A stretch of 64,000 bases of DNA from Myxococcales bacterium (GTDB taxonomy: Bacteria > Myxococcota_A > Polyangia > Fen-1088). Position 1 is the first letter of the stretch. Each line of letters starts with the position of its first letter. The stretch lies in assembly GCA_003142855.1 (NCBI GenBank), contig PLNW01000122.1, positions 6,213 to 70,212 on the forward strand, in the 5' to 3' direction. The position numbers and the translations under genes are program-made. The notes beneath the pieces are model-generated. The model did no database searches. It had not been told where the DNA came from and saw only the letters and a program-made list of their open reading frames with translations. Shown here piece after piece: positions 48,527-56,593 of the stretch.

Positions 48527-50236
48527 TCAGAAGGGGTTCTGGGCTCGCCCCAAGTTGCGGCCCATGCGCTGCTTGTCGGATAGGCCGTTTTCCTTGCGGA
48601 TCTTGCGATGACTGGAGCGAACCGGTGAGCCACCCTTGCCTGCCTTGGCAGGGGTGGAAGGAGCGACTTCGGCGACTGGCTGACCGGGGACCGGATCGAG
48701 AACCACCAAACCTGACCAGTCAGGTCGCACTTCGTGGGTCAGCTCGCGATATCCTGGCAAGCGAAACACCAGAAATGTCGACTTGTCCTCGCGATACTCG
48801 AACTTCTTGCGAAACGGTGTCTTGCCAAGGGCTTCATTCTCGCCCGCAACGAAGACCTCGGCCCCCGACGGATTCGACTGAATCGCCAGATCGAGAATCT
48901 CGGGGTTGGGCGCCGCCGGGGTGGCGGTCGAAATGACCGCAGGCGCCGGCGCGGACGGCCGCCACAGCAAGCCACGCGACCCGGCCCAGAACGCTCCCCC
49001 CACCGACAAGGCTACGCCCATCACCGCCCACGTGGTCTTGCGCGCTAGCAGGGGCTTGCGCCGAAGGTCGATGTCGGGAATGGGCGGTGGCACCACCGGC
49101 GTCAAGCCTCCCATGCGAGGCAGCGAGCCAGTCGGAGCCGGTGGCACCGGCGGCACGGTGGCCGAGTTCAAGCGAGCCCGGCTGGAATGCGATCCCGCTG
49201 CACTCAGTCGCATTGCGCTCGTGTTGGGACGCGAGGGACTCACCGAACCGGTGCTGGACTGGCTGCGCTGGCTGCCTGACAAACGCGCCTCCACGCCGGT
49301 GTCTGTGGGAAACAGGCTGCCCATGAGCTGGGCCAATTGCGTAGGCTGGAAACGGGCCGCGTGAACGATGTCGTCAAGGGCGTCGGCCATTTCCGAGGCA
49401 GACTGAAAGCGTTCGAGGGGATTCTTGGCCAGCGCCCGCAGCACGATGTTGTCCATCTCCGGCGGACACAGCGGGTTGTGCAGCGACGGCGGCGGCACGT
49501 CGCACTGGCGAACCTTCTCGATGGTCTGAAGATCGTTCTCGCCCTTGAACAGCCGGCGACCGGTCAGAATCTCGTGCAGCACGATGCCCGTGGCGAAGAT
49601 GTCGATGCGACGATCGATCTCATTGCTCACGGTTTGCTCGGGCGCCATGTAGGCGAACTTGCCCTTGAGGGTCCCGGTCTTGGTGCTTTCGTCCTTGTCC
49701 CCGCCCAGCGCCTTGGCTATGCCGAAGTCCAGGATCTTCACTGCCCCATCGCTCGAGAGCATGACGTTGGAGGGGGAGATATCCCGGTGGATCATTCCCA
49801 ACCGGGTTCCGTCGTCGGCGGTGAAGTCGTGGGCATAGGCCAAGGCCCGACACATCTCACGGCCGATATAGGCCACCAACTCGGGACGCGGCGGACCCAC
49901 GCGCGCCCACAGGGTGCGCATGGTCTCGGCCAGATCGCGGCCACGCACGTACTCCATGGACATGAAGTACTCGTTGTCCACCGACCCCAGTTCGAACACC
50001 TGGACGATGTTGGGGTGATTCAGTCGCGCGGCCAGCTTGGCCTCGTCGATGAACATCTTGGTGAAGACAGGGTCATCCGACAGGTGGGGCAGGATGCGCT
50101 TGACGACAAAGATGCGCTCGAAGCCTGCCGGCCCCTGCACGCGCGCCTTGAACACATCGGCCATACCGCCGCGCCCGATGCGCTCAAACAGCGTGTACTT
50201 GCCGAATGAAATCGGCTGAGGAAGAACTGCCCCCAC
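48527..50236 (-). CDS. Membrane-anchored Ser/Thr protein kinase with PEGA-like extracellular domain
   Basis: GRGGMA, HRDISPSN, DFG, KGKFAYMAPE, TM segment, 'SNPSGAEV..LGKTP'. Confidence 0.95.
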   Translation of the reverse strand: MGAVLPQPISFGKYTLFERIGRGGMADVFKARVQGPAGFERIFVVKRILPHLSDDPVFTKMFIDEAKLAARLNHPNIVQVFELGSVDNEYFMSMEYVRGRDLAETMRTLWARVGPPRPELVAYIGREMCRALAYAHDFTADDGTRLGMIHRDISPSNVMLSSDGAVKILDFGIAKALGGDKDESTKTGTLKGKFAYMAPEQTVSNEIDRRIDIFATGIVLHEILTGRRLFKGENDLQTIEKVRQCDVPPPSLHNPLCPPEMDNIVLRALAKNPLERFQSASEMADALDDIVHAARFQPTQLAQLMGSLFPTDTGVEARLSGSQRSQSSTGSVSPSRPNTSAMRLSAAGSHSSRARLNSATVPPVPPAPTGSLPRMGGLTPVVPPPIPDIDLRRKPLLARKTTWAVMGVALSVGGAFWAGSRGLLWRPSAPAPAVISTATPAAPNPEILDLAIQSNPSGAEVFVAGENEALGKTPFRKKFEYREDKSTFLVFRLPGYRELTHEVRPDWSGLVVLDPVPGQPVAEVAPSTPAKAGKGGSPVRSSHRKIRKENGLSDKQRMGRNLGRAQNPF

Positions 50237-50351
50237 GTTGGTTAATACGATTGTACCCCAGAATGTGTTGCGTCCGCCCTTTTGCCCACTTTAGCGCCCA
50301 GATTCCACCCCCTTTCTAACGTTGGCAGACTAGAAGGGATCTGCCGAAAAA

Positions 50352-51179
50352 ATGCAAGAGCCACTATTTCCCAACCGGGGGGACCACCCCAGCGCAGCCG
50401 AGGATGGGGCTGGGCATTCCGAGCAGCCCTTCGTGGTAGCCGTGGGCGGATTGGACCCAACCGGAGGTGCAGGTCTGGTGCGAGATCTCCTCACAGCCGG
50501 GGCGCTGGGTGCCCGGGCGATGCTCGTCGGTACGGCTTGGACACGGCAGGACGAAAACGGCGTCAAGGAAGTCGAGCCGCGTTCCCCGGACATGGTACGA
50601 GCCAGCCTCGACGAGGCGCTGGTGTCTTGCCCGCTCCGCCGGACCGCGGTGAAAGTCGGCATGGTAGCGGGCGCCAGCATTGCAACCGCCATCGTTGCTG
50701 GACTGGAGGCTTGGCCAGGACCAGTTGTCTTTGACCCCGTCCTGGGCGCCTCGGCCGGTGGCTCTCTTTTCGAGGGTACGCCTGCCGATCTTCTGCCACT
50801 TCTGCGCCGGGCAACTCTCGTGACTCCCAACCTGGCCGAGGCCGCCTGGCTCAGCGGCCTGGCGGTGGAAACTCTTGACCATGCACGCCAAGCCGCACGG
50901 GAGATCTTCGCGCGGGGCTCGCTGGCCGTTCTGGTCAAGGGAGGGCACTTGAGCGGTCCCGCCACCGATGTGCTTCGTTCAGCGGCAGGTGAACGGCTGT
51001 TCCAGGGGACGCGCCTGCCAGGCAGGAGCCCACGCGGGACCGGCTGTGCACTCGCCACAGCCATCGCGGTCGGGCTGGCTCGCGGTCAGCAGCTTGAACA
51101 GGCTGTGGAGGAAGCCAAGGTTTGGCTGGCCGGACGGATTCAGGCCGCGGTGACGATCGGCGGCGCGCGCTACCTGTGA
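50352..51179 (+). CDS. thiD: Hydroxymethylpyrimidine/phosphomethylpyrimidine kinase
   Basis: GLDPTGGAG, VKVGM, DPV, TPNLAE, LVKGGH, RGTGC. Confidence 0.88.
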   Translation: MQEPLFPNRGDHPSAAEDGAGHSEQPFVVAVGGLDPTGGAGLVRDLLTAGALGARAMLVGTAWTRQDENGVKEVEPRSPDMVRASLDEALVSCPLRRTAVKVGMVAGASIATAIVAGLEAWPGPVVFDPVLGASAGGSLFEGTPADLLPLLRRATLVTPNLAEAAWLSGLAVETLDHARQAAREIFARGSLAVLVKGGHLSGPATDVLRSAAGERLFQGTRLPGRSPRGTGCALATAIAVGLARGQQLEQAVEEAKVWLAGRIQAAVTIGGARYL

Positions 51180-51233
51180 AGGATTCGGTGACGGGGGCCG
51201 GGGCGGGGACGGAGACAGAGGCGGGGACTAGCG

Positions 51234-52460
51234 CTAGCGAGCGGAGCTGCGACCCTGCTCGACGATGGCCTTGGTCTTGCGCGCGATCATCAGCTCCTCG
51301 TTGGTGGGAATCACCCACGCGCAGATGCGCGAGCCGTCGCGCGTGATGACCTTCTCCTTGGCGGGCGAGCTGTTGCGTTCCGGATCGATATCGACGCCGA
51401 TGAATTGCAACGGTTTGAGCACACGCGCACGCATAGCAACGTCGTTCTCGCCGATGCCGCCGGTAAACACGATGGCGTCGCAGCCGGCCATGGCCGCCAC
51501 GTACGAGCCGATGTACTTGATCAGGCGGTAGTCGAACATGTCGAGCGCGAGCTGCGCCCGCGCATCGCCCTCCTTGGCTTTGGCGATTAGCTGACGCATG
51601 TCATTGCTGATGCCGGACACGCCCTTGACGCCACTCTTGCTGTTGAGCAGCGTGTTCATTTCCTGCGGAGAGAGCTTGTCCTTGTCCATGATGTAAAGGA
51701 CCACCGCCGGGTCCATGTCGCCGGTGCGCGTGCCCATCAGCAGGCCCTCGAGCGGCGTCAGTCCCATCGACGTGTCGTAGGACTGGCCGTCCTTGACCGC
51801 GGTGATACTGGACCCGTTGCCCAGGTGGCAGGTGATGATTTTGAGTTTGGCGAAGTCCTTCTTCATCAGCTCGGCACAGCGGCGAGCTACGTATTCGTGA
51901 GAGGTGCCGTGGAAGCCGTACTTGCGCACGTGGTTGCGGTCGAGCTGGTCCTTGGGCAGGCCGTAGGTGTACACATGCGGCGGCATGGTCTGGTGAAAGG
52001 CCGTGTCGAAGACAGCGACCTGGGGCAGACCAGGGAAGATCTTCTCGCAGGCCGCGATGCCAGCCAGGTTGGGTGGGTTGTGCAAGGGTGCAATGCCGAT
52101 GCAAGCTTCGATGGCCCCACGCACTTCCGAGGTGACCAGGGCCGAGTTTGAGAACAACTCGCGCCCGTGCACGACCCGGTGGCCGCAAGCGTCCACTTCA
52201 ATCTTGTCCTTGAAAAGACCGTGTTCGGCATCCAGCAGCATGTCTTTCATGGCTGCCACCGCCTGGGTGTGGTCTTTGGCCACCACGTCGCCGACGATCT
52301 TGTCGGGCGAGCGCGTGTCGCGATAACTGAACTTGGATTTTTCGCGCCCGATTTCCTCGACCAGGCCCTCGGCCATCAGCGTGGCGGTATCGTCCGCCGG
52401 AAGATCGTACAGCTTGAACTTCAGCGACGAACTGCCGCAATTGATGACCAGTACCTTCAT
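51234..52460 (-). CDS. ackA: Acetate kinase
   Basis: INCGSSSLK, GHRVVHG, APLHNP, FDTAFHQT, YGFHGTSH, HLGNG, FTGGIGEN, PTNEE. Confidence 0.98.
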   Translation of the reverse strand: MKVLVINCGSSSLKFKLYDLPADDTATLMAEGLVEEIGREKSKFSYRDTRSPDKIVGDVVAKDHTQAVAAMKDMLLDAEHGLFKDKIEVDACGHRVVHGRELFSNSALVTSEVRGAIEACIGIAPLHNPPNLAGIAACEKIFPGLPQVAVFDTAFHQTMPPHVYTYGLPKDQLDRNHVRKYGFHGTSHEYVARRCAELMKKDFAKLKIITCHLGNGSSITAVKDGQSYDTSMGLTPLEGLLMGTRTGDMDPAVVLYIMDKDKLSPQEMNTLLNSKSGVKGVSGISNDMRQLIAKAKEGDARAQLALDMFDYRLIKYIGSYVAAMAGCDAIVFTGGIGENDVAMRARVLKPLQFIGVDIDPERNSSPAKEKVITRDGSRICAWVIPTNEELMIARKTKAIVEQGRSSAR

Positions 52461-52477
52461 GACTTCAACTCCAAGAA

Positions 52478-53488
52478 CTACTGCTTCTGCGCGAATTGCA
52501 CACGCACGACATTGATGGCGATCACGTTGAGCACATCGGCAGCTTTGCAGCCGCGCGAGAGATCGGATGATGGCTTGGCCATGCCCTGCAAGATGGGACC
52601 CACGGCTTCCGCCTTGCCTAAGCGTTCGACCAGCTTGTAGCTGATGTTGCCCGCATCGAGGTCGGGGAAGATGAGCACGTTGGCCTTGCCCGCCACGGGC
52701 GAGGCTTTGGCCTTGCGTTCGCCGATGGCCGGAATGAGCGCGGCGTCGCCCTGCAGTTCACCGTCGACGATCAAGCCAGGCCGCTTCGCTTTCGCGGCGG
52801 CGGTGGCGGCGACTACCTTGTCGATGTCGGCATGCTTGGCGCTGCCTTTGGTCGAGAACGACAGCATGGCGACGCGTGGCGTGTCACCGGTCAGGCTGGC
52901 GTAGCTGTCAGCGGTGGCTATGGCGATGTCGGCCAGTTGGTTCACGTCGGGAGCGGGCACCACCGCGCAGTCGGCGAAGAAGATGATGCCGTCTTTGCCA
53001 AAAGACTTGTCGGGCACCACCATGGCAAAGAAGCTGGACAAGGTCTTGAGGCCCGGCTGCATGCCGATGATCTGGATGCCGGCGCGGCACACGTCGCCGG
53101 TGGTGTAGAGCGCGCCGCCCACGAAGCTGTCCACCAGGCCCTTGCGCACCATCATGGCGCCATACCACAGCGGGTCCTTCATTTGCGCGACGGCTTGATC
53201 TTGGGTGAGCCCCTTGGCCTTGCGCAGCTCGAAGTAGGTGTTGGCGTAGTCGTCGAAATTCGGCGGCTTGGTCATGTCCACGATGTTGATCTTGTCGAGC
53301 GACAGGGACGCCGACGCGGCCGTCGCCCTGATCTTGTCGGGCGCACCCAGCAGGGTGATCTCCGCGATGCCCTGCTTGGTGGCCAGCGCCGCAGCCTCGA
53401 TGATGCGAACGTCTTCGCCCTCTTGCAGAACGACCTTGCGGGGACTGGTCTTGGCCTTGGCGTGAATCTGTTCGATGAAAGTGGGCAT
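52478..53488 (-). CDS. pta: Phosphate acetyltransferase (short type)
   Basis: EGED.R, FADCAV, LSFSTKGS, DGELQ.DAA, FPDLDAGNI.YK, DLSRGC. Confidence 0.97.
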   Translation of the reverse strand: MPTFIEQIHAKAKTSPRKVVLQEGEDVRIIEAAALATKQGIAEITLLGAPDKIRATAASASLSLDKINIVDMTKPPNFDDYANTYFELRKAKGLTQDQAVAQMKDPLWYGAMMVRKGLVDSFVGGALYTTGDVCRAGIQIIGMQPGLKTLSSFFAMVVPDKSFGKDGIIFFADCAVVPAPDVNQLADIAIATADSYASLTGDTPRVAMLSFSTKGSAKHADIDKVVAATAAAKAKRPGLIVDGELQGDAALIPAIGERKAKASPVAGKANVLIFPDLDAGNISYKLVERLGKAEAVGPILQGMAKPSSDLSRGCKAADVLNVIAINVVRVQFAQKQ

Positions 53489-53705
53489 GGTGACAATCTC
53501 CTCAGAAGGCTTCAGCCTGCACAGCTCACGCACCCTGACCTCGCGGGCCGGACAGCGCCGGGATGGGACGCGCGTTGCGGCCGGTTGAATCCGTCCAGAA
53601 ATCGGGTGGCGGGGACGGCCAGCGCCGGCAAGCGATGGGGCGACACAACGCCGGCAGAGTAGACCCGCCCGAGGGCCCGATCAACAGGCTTCGATGGGAT
53701 TCTCG

Positions 53706-54215
53706 CTATCCCGGACGCTGCGCCACCAGCGCCTCTGCGTCCACCAGGTCTTTCTCGCGTTCTGTGGCCCGCTTCGCGGCGATCAGGTCGTTCCGCCCGA
53801 TGATGGGCACGCTGACTTCATCCACCTTGGTCATCGTCCGCCGCAACCATGCGTCGGCGAAATTGAGGCCGCGCATCCCCTTGACGAGATCAATGCGGTC
53901 GGGGGGAACGCCGATCCACACCACCTCGAGTGGGGACGCCGCGCTCAGATGTTCGACCGCCAGGGCGGGCGCACCGAAACTGGCCAGCGCCCGGTAGACG
54001 CATTCCAGGTTGTCGGGCCCGTCGTCAAACCAGATGTCCATGTGGCGGGTGGTGCGTGCTTGGCCGTAGAAATCCACAGCGTGGGCTCCCACGAGTAGAT
54101 AACGCGCGTCAACATCGGCGAGCGCTCGCAGGAGCCTGACGAAGTCTTTGTTGAGTTCCAACTTGGCCTCCTCTGTTGTAGGGATGGCATAGGATCGCAC
54201 GAAAAGCGCCATCAT
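53706..54215 (-). CDS. Minimal nucleotidyltransferase-fold protein
   Basis: LLVGAHAV..YGQARTT..MDIW, RIDL, DLIAAKRA..REKDLVD; start uncertain. Confidence 0.7.
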   Translation of the reverse strand: MMALFVRSYAIPTTEEAKLELNKDFVRLLRALADVDARYLLVGAHAVDFYGQARTTRHMDIWFDDGPDNLECVYRALASFGAPALAVEHLSAASPLEVVWIGVPPDRIDLVKGMRGLNFADAWLRRTMTKVDEVSVPIIGRNDLIAAKRATEREKDLVDAEALVAQRPG

Positions 54216-54308
54216 AGCAGAGGGAGTGTGCGGTTTGGTGGTGCGAGCACGGGTGAGCGCCTGTCGCGAAAGCGTGACGCCAGCTGGGAATGCGTCTGGG
54301 GGCGGTGG

Positions 54309-55229
54309 CTAGTTCGCGCTCTCAAGCGCGCGGCGGACGGCGTGGGCCAGCTCTTCGGGCGTGAAGGGTTCGTGCAAGAGACGGGCCCCGCTCTCAAAAA
54401 CCCGACGCTCAGCCAGCGATCCGTAGCCCTGACACGAAATGAAGAGCGATTTCAATCCGGGCCGGATGGTCTGCATCGAGCGCACAAACTCGCGTCCGCG
54501 CACGCGCGGCGTGGCCAGGTCGGCGACCAGCAAGTGGATGGTGCCCTTGTGAACGCGAGCGAACCCTTCCGCATCGGCTGGACTCATGGCCTCGAGCACA
54601 GCGTAGCCCAGCTGGCGCATGACCTTGCACGCCAGTCTGCTCACGTCACGATCGTCAAGCGCCACCAACACGGTTTCGTCGCGCGCGCCTGCTCGCTCGA
54701 TCAGTTCGGGGCTCGGGATGTCATCGGACGAATTACCCTCGGCGTGGCTCTCTTGATCGGCGCTCTCGCCGAGGGGACCGCCCAGCTGCATGGCCGGCCG
54801 CTCGGCCGTCTGACTCAGCCGAGTCCCGCTCATGTCGTAGGCTTCCACAACCACCAGGGGCTGGTGGTTTGACCCTGACACAACTCGGGCCACCGCCTCG
54901 AAACTTCGCCAGCCGCCATCGGCTCGACGCAATCGCAGGTGGACTTGCGCGGGTTCTTCCGCCATTTCTGTCACGGCGCCGAGTAGGGACTGGACGGCTG
55001 CCGCGTCATCCGGGTGAAGCATCTCCCAGAAACTGGTCGCCAGGAGTTGACCGCGTCGATGGGCCAGCAGGTGCGTGACCGATGGACTGATCTCGCGGAT
55101 GCTGCCAGCGCCATCCAGCACCACCAGCAAGTCGGTCGAGCCATCATCCACGCTCTCGTGCACAGACGAGGATTCGGGTCGGGGCGGTTTTGTTTCTCGT
55201 ACCATCGGTTCCTTGCTTCTCGCGATCAT
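54309..55229 (-). CDS. PAS domain + degenerate receiver domain protein
   Basis: PAS 'SPSV..LHPDD..RRADGGW'; C-terminal hybrid-kinase-type receiver 'LGYAVLEA..IHLLVAD..EPFTPEEL'; no kinase core. Confidence 0.75.
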   Translation of the reverse strand: MIARSKEPMVRETKPPRPESSSVHESVDDGSTDLLVVLDGAGSIREISPSVTHLLAHRRGQLLATSFWEMLHPDDAAAVQSLLGAVTEMAEEPAQVHLRLRRADGGWRSFEAVARVVSGSNHQPLVVVEAYDMSGTRLSQTAERPAMQLGGPLGESADQESHAEGNSSDDIPSPELIERAGARDETVLVALDDRDVSRLACKVMRQLGYAVLEAMSPADAEGFARVHKGTIHLLVADLATPRVRGREFVRSMQTIRPGLKSLFISCQGYGSLAERRVFESGARLLHEPFTPEELAHAVRRALESAN

Positions 55230-55240
55230 CGTCGGCCCAC

Positions 55241-55639
55241 CTACGTCATCGCGCTGACCCCGAGGGCAGACTTTACAGCACGCCCCAGGTCTTGGACCAG
55301 CGCACTCTTGGTCACGAAATCAATTGCCCCTGCCCGCCGTGCCAGCGTTGCGTAGGGGGAATCGGGCAGCGAACTCACGATGATGACCGGAAGAAGAGGC
55401 TTGACAGCCCGCAGTTCCTTGAGGATCTCGATGCCGCTTCGACCCGGCAGCCGCAGGTCAAGTAGCACCAAGTCGAACGACTGGGTCCACGCCAAGCTCA
55501 GGCCTTCTTCGCCGGACACCGCCGAAACCATCTCCGCTCCGGGCACCGCACCGGCCAGGAGCTCGCCGATGCGCTGGCTGACGGCAGGGTGATCGTCCAC
55601 CAGGAGGATTCGTGTGGGCCGTCCGGGGCTGACTACCAT
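55241..55639 (-). CDS. Single-domain response regulator (NarL-type receiver)
   Basis: LLVDDHP, LLDLRLPG.SG, GA.DFVTK. Confidence 0.85.
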   Translation of the reverse strand: MVVSPGRPTRILLVDDHPAVSQRIGELLAGAVPGAEMVSAVSGEEGLSLAWTQSFDLVLLDLRLPGRSGIEILKELRAVKPLLPVIIVSSLPDSPYATLARRAGAIDFVTKSALVQDLGRAVKSALGVSAMT

Positions 55640-55743
55640 GCCTCCAGTGTCTCATGGCAGCCGCGTCGCCACTGCCAGGGGATGTCCGATTCGTCTGTCG
55701 GCCAATGTCCTACAAGCGCGCCACGAAAAACCGACGCACGTGT

Positions 55744-56376
55744 CTAGTCGACCAAACCTTCGTGCAGAGCGTACTGAATCAGCTCGGCGTTGGAATGCAT
55801 CTGCATCTTCCCCAGCAGACGCGTGCGATAGGTGCTGATGGTCTTCTCACTCAGCGCCAGCCCTGCGCTGATTTCTTTCACCGTCTTGCCTGTTGCGATG
55901 CCGCGCATGACTTCAAGCTCACGATCCGAAAGCCGCTCATGGGCGGGCCGTGACGAGCCATGGCTCAGGCTCTTGGCCAACGCTTCGGCCAGCCGCGCGC
56001 TGACGTGAGTGCCGCCCATCAGCACCTTGCGTACCGCCCCTGCCAGTTCCTCGGCCGCGCCCTCCTTGTTCACGTACCCGGCCGCCCCCGCGCGCAGCGC
56101 GCGCAAAGCATAGTGCTCCTCGGGGTGCATGCTCAGCACCAAGACCGGCACCGTGGGACGGAGACGTTTCATGTCTCGGAGTGCGTCGACGCCTCCACGC
56201 CCAGGCAGAGAAATGTCGAGCACCACCACGTCCCAGGCTTCCTTCTGCAGCTTCTCCAGGGCTTCGCTGGGCTTACACGCCTCGCCGAACTCCACCTTTC
56301 CCAGCGCCTCGGTAAGAATATCCCGCACGCCTCGCCGAACTACCGCATGGTCATCCACCAACAGTACCCTTGTCAT
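55744..56376 (-). CDS. NarL/LuxR-family response regulator
   Basis: VDDHAVVR, LDISLPG, LSDRE..KEI..L.LSEKTISTYR. Confidence 0.95.
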   Translation of the reverse strand: MTRVLLVDDHAVVRRGVRDILTEALGKVEFGEACKPSEALEKLQKEAWDVVVLDISLPGRGGVDALRDMKRLRPTVPVLVLSMHPEEHYALRALRAGAAGYVNKEGAAEELAGAVRKVLMGGTHVSARLAEALAKSLSHGSSRPAHERLSDRELEVMRGIATGKTVKEISAGLALSEKTISTYRTRLLGKMQMHSNAELIQYALHEGLVD

Positions 56377-56593
56377 CGCTCATATCCTCGACAGCCAGGA
56401 CCGAAATCTGAAGGCACGACGTCCCCTCGCGGCATACGCCGCAACCATCCACCGAAGCCGGTCAGGCGTGACGCCTCGTTCTTCTGCCTATCCCCCGCCA
56501 CGCCTTCTATTATGCGTAAACCACGCTGGTTTCAAGTCAGAAACCGCGGCCAGGGCCTTCGGCCCTGGCCAGCGCAATGGTACCAGTGATCCG

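Noticed and set aside
51186-51232. Hexamer-like G-rich run between thiD and ackA (similar run at 28715-28750)
   Set aside because: Too short and degenerate to define as an element from this window alone
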